Below, one piece after another: positions 1 through 11,470 of a stretch of 64,000 bases of DNA. The position numbers and the translations under genes were made by a program. The notes beneath the pieces were generated by a model. It saw only the letters and a list, made by a program, of their open reading frames with translations. It was not told the origin of the DNA and searched no databases. The number at the start of each line of letters is the position of its first letter. The stretch's first letter is position 1. The stretch comes from Callorhinchus milii (taxonomy: Eukaryota): assembly GCF_018977255.1 (NCBI RefSeq), contig NW_024704743.1, forward strand, positions 10,852,001 through 10,916,000. Reading direction: 5' to 3'.

Positions 1-1029
1 TCTTCAAAGTTGCGGGAAGAAGAAACAAACTGATCATCACATTGAACCTGTTTGGAGGTGGGGTGGTAGTGGAGTGGGGGGGAGTTGGCTGCAACTTATA
101 ACAAAGGAAAACGTCATTGAATTTTAGTTCTTCTTCAGTTCCAGGAAACTTTGGGTTTTCCCCATCTACAGTGCTGCGTAACTGAGAGAATTGGGTTATT
201 ACTGACTGCAGAGGGACAAACTCCAAGCAAATCAGGAACTTAAGCTCCAGAAACTCTCCAATTTGAAATGCTTGTGAGAAAGTCTACTTGCAACCAGCTC
301 ATCTGTGTTACACATCATTTTAGAGACACCAAGATTATGTCCCACATCTATTTTTCAAATCAACAAGCTTTTTGTTGTATCTCTCAGCCTTAGTATGATC
401 TTTGCTGCTTGGCTCTCAGTCCTCTCTGTTCTTCTAACATACTGTTGAAGGTTGAGTGCAATAAACAGCCCACAGTATTAATAATAAGAATAAGAATCTT
501 TCCATTTGATATAGCGTCTTATCAAATCTTTGAGGCGTCTCAAAGCGCTTCACAGAGTATACTGTATAGTGAATTGGCTGCATATTTAGTGGGAAAGCAT
601 TGCAGCCAATTGCACACAGCAGTCATGGATTGAAGTGACCCTTTTTTTTAAGGAATTATTACCATCGGAAAAGCGATCTGCCAATCAACTAACAACTTGG
701 ATCCTACTTACTTTTAGGTGAGCAGAGGTGTGTGGAGTAAGGAAATTTGCCCATCATATCACCCTGCCCAGGTCTCTTGCTTGGGAGGCAAGTGCTCTAA
801 TCACTGAGCTATAGGACTCCACACTGTATTCTCCAAATATGGCCTCACCAGTGATCTATATACAGTTGGATTAACTTAATTTGATTTATAGACTCGTGGC
901 TTCAATTAGCAATTTAGCATTTGATTATCTTTGTTGACAGCAGGACCACATTTTCACAAGAGATTATATAATAATAGTCAGAATTCTTATATTTGATTCA
1001 GCATTTAGTCACATCATCGTGACGTCTCA

Positions 1030-1520
1030 ATTGATTTCAAGATCCTCATCCTCACCTACAAGGCCATTCACGGCCTTGCTCCCTCCTACCTCTCCAACCT
1101 ACTATCCCCCTACCCACCTGCCCGTACCCTCCGTTCCTCCGGCTCCGGTCTGCTCCACGTCCCCCGCCCCAACCGCCCTACCATCGGTGGTCGGGCCTTC
1201 AGCCTCTCAGCCCCTAGGCTCTGGAACTCTATCCCCCAGTGCCTTCGCCTTGCTTCCTCCCTCTCCTCCTTCAAGGCCGGTCTCAAAACCTTTCTCTTTG
1301 ACCGAGCCTTCAGCTCCGCTCTCAACTCTCTTCCCCCTCCTCGCTCCCTCCCTTCCCTCCCCTCACCCTGACCATTTCCCCCCTCCTCGCTCCCTCCCTT
1401 CCCTCCCCTCACCCTGACCATTTCCCCCCTGCTCAGGTCATGACCCAACTGTGCAGCGCCTTGGGACGTCCTCCTGACGTGAAAGGCGCTTTATAAATGG
1501 AATCTTGTTGTTGTTGTTGT
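1030..1520 (+). mobile_element. 5'-truncated L2 LINE, 3' end (young subfamily)
   Basis: Encodes IDFKILILTYKAIHGLAPSYLSNLL...GGRAFSLSAPRLWNSIP, the C-terminus of L2 ORF2. C-rich 3' UTR with a 46-bp tandem duplication, terminal stem-loop and (TTG)n tail. Confidence 0.9.
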
Positions 1521-3206
1521 CTCAAAGTGTTTCACAGGATTCTATTCTATTCTAGAATGTATTTGTGGGCAGATCACAAGAGAGGTTCAGATGAAATAAG
1601 TGTTTCAGTCCATTTCATTTCATTCCCCCAGAATACTAACAACACCAACTTCCCGTTGCTGCTTCAAAAAAGTTTTATTTAAATTTGTTTATTTAAATGG
1701 CCTTGGGACATCCTCCAAAGCTGAGAGGCACTATACAAATGCAATTTGGTGTTTTTGTTGTTGAGTCCAGTGTCCTGACCTCTACCATCTTTCAGTTGAT
1801 AAACCAGCTGTTAATAATTGATAATAATCCTTACATTTAATATAGCAACTATCATATCTTTGAAACATCTCAAAGCACTTCATAGGATTTTACTGCAGAG
1901 TGCAGTGACTGTGTATTTTGTAGGTGAAAGCAGCGGACGATTTGCACACAGCAAGGTCCCACAAGCAGCTATGAGTGACCAATTTTATCTGGGAGATTCT
2001 TGACCAGGAAACTGAAAAACATCCTTCATTTTCCAAATAGTGCCTTGCAGTCTTTAAAGACCTGAATCGGCAGGCAGGACTTTAGTTTAACGTTTCATTT
2101 GAAGGACATATGAGGATTGCACATTATGCCCCAAGTACTCCTCCGGGAGACAGCCTAAAATGTAGCTGAAAGTCCTGAAGTGGCTTTAACCTGGCACTAT
2201 TAGCAATAGTTTCCCCATGGTATCCTGGTCAACCTTCCTCTAGAAAAAAATGATTACTCACCGTATAGCTGTTTGTGGGATGTTGCTATACACAAATATG
2301 TTTGCTAGGTTTGCCTCGAAAATATACTCATTATAATTTACTGTAAATCCTGTGAAGTGTTTTGAGACATCCTCCCAATGAGAAAGGCGCTATATCAAAT
2401 ACAAGGATTCTTATTTTAATGAATGGAATGCCATTAATCTTAGTCAGGGTGGTAATCACTGCCAAACTAACTCCAACAAACTTCTAGAATTTTCTTGGTG
2501 TTATCATTTCAATCCTTCCTCCCACTCTCCAGCTGAGCAGACATTTTGCAAACACTTGCCAAGTCCTGCAGGATAAACACACAAAGGTCATATCTACTGA
2601 TTCCAGACTAACCTTTTCTCCTATCTCCGGCCTTCACCCTATTGAGGTATGAATTGTAAATCTGCTTTACAGTAGAAAACAAACAAAACAATGACCACCA
2701 AATATGTTGCTAACCATAATCAAGTTAGAATGAAATAAAGCTCTGCTCTGCTGACCTTAAAGACAGACAATCGGATTCTCATTATTTCGCTGAAAAAATG
2801 CTAGTAAGGCAGATACTATAAATCAAAGACCAGTCAGTCAGATGAAGTTGCCCAAAATGCTACGTAGATTTAGTTCACAGGTTAAATATAACTGTGTAAT
2901 AATCTTGCACTTGATAGCACCTTTTCATACCATGTGCAAATTAGCTGCCGCATTCACCTACAAAATCCACTTTACAGTATATCCTATGAAGTGCTTTGAG
3001 ATGACTCGATGGCATGATAAAATGCAACAATCTAAAATACTATATCAAAGCAATGATCCTTAAAACATCTCAGAATGCTTCACAAGTCAAGTGTAGTGAC
3101 TAGTTTTGCAGACAAACACTGCAGACATTTGCACCAGCAAGGCCCCATAAAAAGACATGAGATGAGTAAAAGATTAATATGGAGGATTATTGACTAGAAC
3201 AATGAG

Positions 3207-4993
3207 TGTTGGATACTAATTAATAATTACAGAACAATTGACTAGGACCAATGGAAGGAGATCAGAAGGGAGAGAAAGCAGCGAGAATTGAGTAGAGGGT
3301 GATAGGTGTGACTGTTAGATTGTGTGACTGGAGACCTAAAATAAAAAAGTCTTCTACGTATTGTTTGTTGAGAACCTAACAGACATGTCAGAAGTAAAAC
3401 TAAATGGATTTTGAAAAGACTATAAGATTAAACAGGGAAGAGAACAATAGACAAAATGAGTTTTGGAGCAGCAGAGCCAGATGCAGAGACAAGATATCTG
3501 CAAATACGATGACCATTATATAATAATAATAATAATAATCCTTGCATTTTGATATAGCGCTTTTCACATCGGGAGGACGTCCCAAAGTGCTTCACACTGT
3601 AAAGTGAATTGACTGTATATTTGTGGGCAAACGCGGCAGCCAATTGCGCACATCAATGTCCCACAAACAGTCGTAGACTGAAAATGAACAATTTATTATT
3701 GTTTTATTTTGGAGGGATTATTATTAGGTGTGTGGAGTAAGGAAACTTGCTCAAGGTTTCGCCCTCTGCCTGGAATTGAACTCAGGTCTCTCACATGCAA
3801 AGCGAGTGCTCTAACCACTGAGCTACAGGACTACAGCCTAGAAGGTAACTTAAGACATAATTGGCAAAGAATTGAACGGGGTTTTGAGATATTTGCTCTA
3901 GCCTCAACTTTGAAGGAATTGCCACAAATACAGCAGTCGGCTATTTTTCTAAATGTGGCAGGAGAAGAAGCAAGGGATTACTTTGCAACTATGGAGAAAG
4001 ATATGGACCTGCCATTAGATGAGATGATAAAGGTCATGCAAGTAAGATGCTGTGGATATAACAATGTCACAGTAGATAGATATAAATTTGGAACAAGGAA
4101 GCAAGTGTCTACGGAATAATTTCATCAATTCTGTGCGGTATTACGGTCATTAAGTAAAACATGTAATTATTGAGCTTTAAGAGAAGAGATGATCAGAGAT
4201 CAAATTGTGATACGATTGAAAGATAATAAAGTACGCAGCAAGCTCTCGAAAGAGGAGATTTGAACACTACAAAAAGCTCTGCAAATCATCGGTATAGAAA
4301 TAATGTTCAAAGAACACATGAGGGACATTGATAGAAATGCAGAAGAGATGATAGAAATTGTTGAATTCACTGAACGTAGAAGCTGGGATGACTCAGATGA
4401 GGAATATGGAGTACGGAGGATATACAGGCCTAAAAGGCAAACAAATATAAAGAAATCATGTGGGAAGTGTGGATTAGTGCATCCTTTTCAAAGATGTTCA
4501 GCAGAAGGAAGAGAGTATTATGTGTGTCATCGATATGGGCATTACGCAAGACAATGCAGAAATGGACAAAGAGAACCTGTAAGGAGCTATGGCAGAGGAA
4601 CCCAGGAGGAAAGGCGCACAGGACGAAATGAATACAGAAGGTCAAATAAGCCACAAAGAACTAGAATAGAGCAAATAAGATCAAGGCAATATGAAATAAG
4701 GGACAATTCAGATAAGGAATCCAAAGTTGCTGAACAAGAAGAGGAGTATAATATTGATGCAATAAAAATCATTAAGAGAGTACATACAGAAAAAAGGGAA
4801 AAAGGAGTGGATGATATCTCTATGGTGCACAGAAGAAAGGACATGGTTAAGGTGTAAATTGATTATGGGAGTTCAGGCCAGTGTAATATCATTAGACGAG
4901 TATATTCAGCTGAGGGAACCCAATAAAGACAATTTGGAAAAGGGTAAAAGCACACTATTGGCCTATAATAAAGGAGAGACAGAGGGCAGAGTA
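3207..4993 (+). mobile_element. Decayed Ty3/Gypsy LTR retrotransposon: 5' LTR, gag and start of protease
   Basis: Putative LTR 3207-3381 (TGTTG...TAACA, internal AATAAA) followed by PBS-like TGTCAGAAGT. gag from ATG 3456: SLEGNLRHNWQRIERGFEIF...SAIFLNVAGEEA...EEMIRDQIV, CCHC knuckle-like CGKCGLVH...CHRYGHYARQC. Protease-like KLIMGVQASVIS. Several in-frame stops; interrupted by a SINE and truncated by a CR1. Confidence 0.85.
3519..3834 (-). mobile_element. tRNA(Ala)-derived Deu-domain SINE, full length, inserted in gypsy gag
   Basis: Head TAGCTCAGTGGTTAGAGCACTCGCTTTGCA...GAGTTCAATTCC (A and B boxes), Deu-like core TGTTTGTGGGACATTGATGTGCGCAATTGGCTGCC, L2-type tail with (TTA)n. Confidence 0.9.
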
Positions 4994-6008
4994 TCATAGA
5001 ATCATAGAATCATACAGCACAAAAAAAGGCCATTCAGCCCATCGAGTTTGTGCTGGCTCTTTGAAAAGAGCAATGTAATGTTAAATCCACTCCCCAGCCC
5101 TTTCCCCATAACCCTGCAAACCCGTCCTCCTCAAATACCCATCCACCGCGTTTTTAAAAGTTGTTATCGAATCGGCCTCGACCACCCTTTCAGGCAATGT
5201 GTTCCAGATTCGAACAACTCGCTGCGTGAAAAAAATTCTTCTCACCTCCCCTCTGCTTCTTTTAGAGACTATTTTAAATCGGTGACCTCGAGTCACCGAA
5301 GCACCCATTGGTGGAAACAGTTCTTCCCTTTCTAACCTATCAAATCCCCTCATGATTTTGAAAACCTCTATTAGGTCTCCTCGTAACCTTCTCTGCTCCA
5401 ATGAGAATAATCCTAACCTCTCTAGCCTTTCCTCATAATCAAGGTCCCTCATTCCTGATACCATCCTCGTAAATCTCCTTTGCACCCTTTCCAATGGCTT
5501 AACATCCTTCCTATAGTGTAGTGCCCAGAACTGGGTGCAGTATTCTAACTGAGGTCTAACCAATGTTTTATATAGGTCAATCATAACCTCCTGACTCTTG
5601 TACTCTATGCCCCTATTTATAAAGTCTAGTATCCTATATGCCCTTTTTACAGCTTTATCTACCTGCCCTGTCACCTTCAAGGATTCATTTACCTGAACCC
5701 CCAGGTCTCTCTGTTCCTTCACACCCCTTAAGATTGTATTATCTAGCCTATATTGCCTCCCCTCATTCTTTCTTCTTGCTATTTGCTATACCCAAGTCCA
5801 GACCATTTATACATATTAAGAAGAGCAGTGTTCCCAATCCCTGGGGGACGCCACTGTACACTTCCCTCCAGTCAGAAAAGCAACCGTTCACCACAACTCT
5901 CTGCTTTCTGTCTCCCAGCCAGTTCTGGATCCATGCTGGCACTGTCCCTTTTATACCATGGGCTTCTATTTTTCTTACAAGTCTTTTATGTGGCACTTTA
6001 TCGAATGC
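4994..6008 (-). mobile_element. CR1 LINE, 3' part of ORF2 (RT C-terminus) and tail
   Basis: ORF 5081-5722 (RDLGVQV...LYKTLVRPQLEYCTQFW...LFSLEQRRLRGDLIEVFKI...FFTQRVVRIWNTLP) and ORF 5763-5996 (VYSGVPQG). (ATTCTATG)n CR1 tail at 4994-5013. Confidence 0.95.
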
Positions 6009-6455
6009 CCAGATTATACTGGGCTAATAGATTACCACAGGATACAGAGGGAAACTCAAGAAAAGATGTGGGAATGGAGAGCTAGTTACAGGTTGTCTGT
6101 GGATATAGTATTTCCTGAGCTAGTGACTGCAGCTCCACTGAACTTACTGTAGACAGCAGACACTATCAATTTGACATTATACAATTTTGCAACAAGTTTA
6201 CTCGCATAGTTACATGTTTAATCATAGTTTATAAATGTTGCGATACTCTCTCAACTAAATGCAGTGGAAGAGGAAACTTCCAATTTTACAGAAATATTTT
6301 AAAAAGATCTTTACAGCAGACACTGTCAAGCACCATACCATTTTGAACACGGCAGAGTCTCACACATAGCTGTGAAAGACAAATTTTCTTAAAAAAAGTA
6401 TTTTATTTTTGCAAAATAATGACAAAGTAGATCATCTGTAATAATACAGCTATTT

Positions 6456-6937
6456 GGAGTCCTGTAGCTCAGTGGTTAGAGCACTCGCTTTGCAAGTGAG
6501 AGACCTGAGTTCAATTCCAGGCAGAGGGCGAAACCTTGGGCAAGTTTCCTTACTCCACACGCCTAATAATAATCCTTCCAAAACCAAAACCAATAATAAA
6601 TTGGTCATATTCAATCTACGACTGTTTGTGGGACATTGCTGTGCGCAATTGGCTGCCGCGTTCGCCCACAAATATACAGTCAGTTCACTTTACAGTGTGT
6701 TCTGTGAAGCGCTTTGGGATGTCCACCTGACATGAAAAGCGCTATATCAAATGCAAGGATTATTATTATTATTATTACGACTGTTTGTGGGACACTACTG
6801 TGCACAATTGGCTGCCGCGTTCGCCCACAAATATACAGTCAATTCACTTTACAGTGTGTTCTGTGAAGCGCTTTGGGACGTCCTCCCGACGTGAAAAGCG
6901 CTATATCAAATGCAAGGATTATTATTATTATTATTAT
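6456..6937 (+). mobile_element. tRNA(Ala)/Deu SINE with tandemly duplicated 3' half
   Basis: Full SINE 6456-~6777, then a second copy of the Deu core, tail and (TTA)n to 6937. Confidence 0.9.
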
Positions 6938-7530
6938 TTCTCCCCGTCTAATCCCTCCTTATCCTGGATTACTCCTTATTACATTGCTATTCGTCTCTCC
7001 CAGCCCTTTATGTAACTTGTTTTTTTCTCTCTATTGCTACATCCCGATTCCCTTCCCTCCTCAAAACTAGTTAACCTCCCTGCGAGGAAATTGATCCCAA
7101 CCCTATGCAGGTGTAACCCATCCACCTTGTATAGGTCCCACTTGCCCCAGAACTGGTCCCAATGATCCAGGAACCTGAAGCACAAGGCACTGGGAGTAAT
7201 CCAGAGATCACCACCTTTAAGGTCCTACTCTTTACATTTTTCCCTAGCTTCTGATATTCTCCCTGTAGGATCTCAACCCTATTTTCCCTACGTCATGGAG
7301 CCCAATACAGTCCACAACTTCTGGATGTTCCCCTTCCCCCTGTAGAACATTTTGCGCCCGTTCCATGATGTCTTTAACCCTGGCACCAGAGAGGCAACAT
7401 ACCATGCAAGAGCTCTCTGCTATCTCTCTTGCTGAAGAATTCCCACTCTCACCAAATTCCTGAACAGAATTCTCACTTTGTTCCACCTCACTCAGTTCCC
7501 TCCTCCTGCTGCTGGGCTCTCTGCTCAAGG
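6938..7530 (-). mobile_element. CR1 5' region, ORF1 SGNH/esterase-like domain (inside the duplicated segment)
   Basis: MVCCLSGARVKDIMERAQNVLQGEGEHPEVVDCIGLHDVGK and FRFLDHWDQFWGKWDLYKVDGLHL match the CR1 ORF1 esterase motifs; frameshifted. Confidence 0.85.
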
Positions 7531-9369
7531 ATTGTAATAAATGCAAGGATTATTATTATCTATTTTTAAACCACCCAGTCAATATTATAGTTTTGCTAAG
7601 ATCATCAATCAATCAACCAGATCACCAATGTGAGCCATATTTTTTAATTGTGTTGATGATAAATTATAGGATCATTGAAACAAGAGGCCATTCAATCTAC
7701 AATGGTCCAAACTCCACTGGAAATACTTATTCTAATCCAAATTCCCTGCTTTGTCTTTTTTCTTTTATATTGAAGACAGATATGATGTGAAGTTCATCTC
7801 AAGAGCAGTGTTTTCACGTTTAAACCTCTTCACCTTTATTTCATGATGAACTTAGATGAACTTTTTCCAGCAGATTGTTGGCCAGGACACAAGGAGAAAC
7901 TCCCTACTCTTCATTGAAAAGTGTTACCGGAGCTTTACCATCCACTTGAACAGGCAGACAGGATCTCAGGTTGACGTTTCATTTGAAGGACAGCATTTCC
8001 AACCAATGCAGCGCACCCACTGACTCTGAATTCATAGTCTTAACCCACGTATTGATATGCTACCCACTGAGCCAGGCTGACACCCACATATTACCTGATA
8101 TACCCCTCTTATGTACCCAGGTAATGATGAAACAAAGCAAAATTCTGTACTAATTGCTCAACTGACTTAATTCACTGGATCAAATTTGTATTTTGTAAAT
8201 CTTGAATTTGTTCATTAGGCTTGTAAATGAGTATTTACTTCACTCTCTTTTCTTCCCAACCCGCATCGTATGCTGCAGACCCCAGCAAAAAAAGATGGAA
8301 GTTATTCACCTCCAGAGAGAACAACATAATTGAAGTGTGGAGATTGTGCATCCAAACTAAATGAATCAGAATGAAATTCGGGTCCTTTTCAGTGCCCAGG
8401 TATTGGTGAAACTGTCTTCTGCATTCAGGAAGCCACCTGAACATGTACCCAGAAAAATCTCAGACTCCCTTTAATCCTTAAATAGCAGCCATCTGTCAAA
8501 ATAAGATATGGCTATTTTTAACTGCTCTTCAGACACCAGTCTATTTAATTGGCTGTACTGTAGCTTAGGTCTGTGCCAGAAATAAACTCAGAAAGAGTGA
8601 GCGTATGTTGAATTTATGCTCATGTTGCTGAGTTACCCCAATGTACTGCCAGCAGGTCATCAGTCTGCATTGTTTCAGGGCTGTGTGCACAACTGGCATC
8701 TTTTCAACTCCATTGCAACAGGCGTGAAGCATGGAAGTGGAAAAATATTCTGTTTCATGTCAGGTTCCCTAATTATCACTCAGTACCCATTCTGGGAATC
8801 TGCTTTTCACGCCATGATTCCCATTAGCAGTGACATCATTGAGATGAGATCAAAGGATGACTCAGGTGGTTGACCAGGCTGCTGTTTACATGGTTCACTC
8901 TGTCATAATGTTACTACCTCAATGGTATGAAGCTCATGGCCAAAGTGCATTGCAGTTAGTGCTTAATTGCTGCTAAGTCCACTAAGTGGGGCTCATAGTG
9001 AGTTGATTCCATTAGAAAGTTGGCAGTGCAGCATTGTATTTAAACAAAGCCTCAGAGGTCTCATATTGAGGTCAGTGGCTGAGTCTGCAATTAGTGCATT
9101 GACTTACATCACAGGCTCTTATTTTTGCTTCCTTCATTCTATTGCAATTTTTTTTTCCCGCTGTACTTAGGTTCTCAGCTACTTACCATGACACAGAGTT
9201 ACTGAAATGCGATCTGACACAACACATGTATATGCTCCTTAGATAGATGTGCTGGGTAAATAATTGGGAAAAAGATCCACAATCTTTCATTCATTATGTT
9301 TGGTAGGTAGAACTGAGCAATGCCATAGATGAAAAATGGTAGATATAGTTAGTGTAATAGGACAGTTTT

Positions 9370-9890
9370 CTTTTTCGTCATCCATGTATCTGACACATGA
9401 AGAAATCCGTCACCATACTTCACAGTATACAAACCAAATTGAGAATTCCATGCATCCCACCCATGCATGGAAATTCCTGTATTGGAACAGAATGCACACT
9501 TTCTCCCTGGAGGGTCACACGCTGTTTACCTTATCCTGGAAAGTATTAGATGCAGGTTAGCAAGAGCCAAGGCTTGGAAATCCCAGAGTGTGCATTGGGG
9601 TAACTGCTGGATCTAATCAGCCAACACTGCATAGCTTGCCGTTCAGAGCACTGCCTGGCAACAGACCTACTGTTTGTCCAGCTGCGTTGAGTGGGAGAAA
9701 TTCCTGATCTCAGCGACTGCTCTGCCCCTCCAAGTCCTGCCAATGAGTCAGGCTGGTTGGTCCATCACCAGCAGTGCCCTGAAATATTGCGGATCCGTCT
9801 GACTCAGGAACCAGACAACAGAGATCGCCCCGGGAGGTCAACCCAATTGCAACATTCTATTGCCAAGTCATCGCCATGGATTGCATAACA
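9370..9890 (-). mobile_element. Ancient L1/Tx1-like LINE ORF2 C-terminal remnant (copy A)
   Basis: Homologous to 18800-19330. Minus frame PQCTLWDFQALALANLHLILSRIR...WNSQFGLYTVKYGDGFLHVSDTWMT, with synonymous-biased differences versus copy B. Stops present. Family call is from motif memory. Confidence 0.5.
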
Positions 9891-10534
9891 TCCAGATTCC
9901 CCAGGCTAGCTCCACAGGCACTGGGATTGATAAGGATCAGAGCGACTCTGTTTACACTGAAAGTGTGCAGTGAAACACTTTGAATCCTTGATAATGGGTT
10001 GTTCCATGTCTGTTTCATTTTAAAATATGCCCACGGCAATGAGATAATGTCAAATTCATATTCCTTTTGACAGCACCTTGTTTTATTTCACATCCACAGT
10101 CAGGGTAGATTTTGCTGCTGTAACCAGCCCTGTGTCCTCCTGGTAATAATAATCCTTGCATTTGATATAGAATCTTATCACACATTTAAGTTGTTTCAAA
10201 AGTGAATTGTCTGTATATATTGTGGGTGAATCGCTGCAGCCAATTGCACACAGCAGTGTCCCACAAACAGTTGTGGACTGAGTAACCCAAATTTTTTTCT
10301 GCATCAGAGGTGTCAGCATCCTGATGTGAAGTTGACATCCCTGTTAAGGAGTTTTAATATTAGCACAGTCCAAAAGTAAACCTTTGCATCCAGTCTTGAA
10401 CCTTAACCAGGGCACCCTCCAGATATAATTCACCAATGTAAAGAAGATTACAGTGATACTGAGTACTATTTACATTCATGAAAAATCCTTGGCAGGAGTG
10501 GGAGATTAGAGAGCTGTCCTTATTCTCAATCTAA

Positions 10535-10932
10535 TAATAATAATACTTACATTTGATATAGCATCTTTCACATCAGAAAGGTGTCCCAAAGTGCTTCAGA
10601 GGATACATTACAATGTGGAGTTGACTGTGCGTTGTATGGGCAAAACGCGGCAGCAAATTTTGCACAGAGCAATGTCCCACAAACAGCCATGAAGAGAATG
10701 ATCAATTTTATTTGGAGTATTGTCAACTTTCTCTTATAATATGGTGCCATTGGATCTTTACTTGAACAGGCAGACCAGACTCCAGTGTCTCATCAGAAGG
10801 ACGGCTCCTCCAACAATGCTGCACACTCCCAATACTAGTGTCGGCTTAGACTGTATGACTTCAAAACCGACATGGGGAGTAAATCCACAACCCTTTGACT
10901 CAGATGCAAAAGTGTTATCAACTGAGCCAGAC
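10535..10932 (-). mobile_element. Older tRNA-derived Deu SINE (SacSINE1-like)
   Basis: Head GGCTCAGTTGATAACAC...GAGTCAAAGGGTTGTGGATTTACTCCCC, Deu core and L2-type tail. Related decayed pieces at ~12600-12865, 14550-14860, 16272-16445, 25850-26180, 52875-53330, 62650-62875 and 63700-63910. Confidence 0.65.
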
Positions 10933-11309
10933 TGGCACAGCCATGGAAGCAGTGACAATTCTTCAATGCGAACTGTTTTAAAAATTCTTAAATATTAAGT
11001 TTGAAGCTGAAAAGCCACTCTCAGCAAGGAATAAGGATTTTATCGGTTGGTGCTGTGTGCAGCCCCTCTGGTTATAATGGGGAAAGTTCATTGCTGTTTG
11101 ATATACGCTTTGAGACGTCTCAAAGACGTGGTAAGACACTATATCAAATGCAAGGATTATTATTTTTATATCACCTTGAGGCACGACACTTAAACCAGCC
11201 GTCTGGAATCTCAGCCTGTTACTGATGCCCGCTCATTAAAAAATGACTAAATATCAGCATTTGAATTCTGACTGGCCTGGGAGAGAGAAACTCAGGCCAG
11301 TCAAAATTA

Positions 11310-11470
11310 ACTTTTAAGACAGAAGTAGATAATTATTTGGGGAGGATAAGTTTGCAGAGTTATGGGGAGAGAGCGGCGGATTGACTTGGATAGCTCTTTT
11401 CAAAGAGCCGGCACAGACACGATGGGCCAAATGGCCTCCTTCTGTGCTGTATAATTCTATGATTCTATGA
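11310..11470 (+). mobile_element. CR1 3' tail fragment
   Basis: GATGGGCCAAATGGCCTCCTTCTGTGCTGTATAATTCTATGATTCTATG. Similar fragments at ~16745-16892, 18401-18530 (-), 40850-41020, 43760-43990, 53340-53640 (-) and 53860-53990. Confidence 0.85.

Larger units (their letters stand above)
6456..7855 (+). repeat. Copy 1 of a near-identical 1.4-kb direct duplication (copy 2 at 23593-24990)
   Basis: Only a few differences seen by eye after ~6620; includes non-repeat sequence 7560-7855. Confidence 0.95.

Noticed and set aside
6456..6530. tRNA-Ala(TGC)-like gene
   Set aside because: It is the SINE head: no proper acceptor stem, always followed by the Deu core and tail, many copies.
8900..8925. let-7-like TGAGGTAGTA on the minus strand
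   Set aside because: Only the first 10 nt match, the 3' part differs and I see no precursor hairpin. At most a seed-match site.
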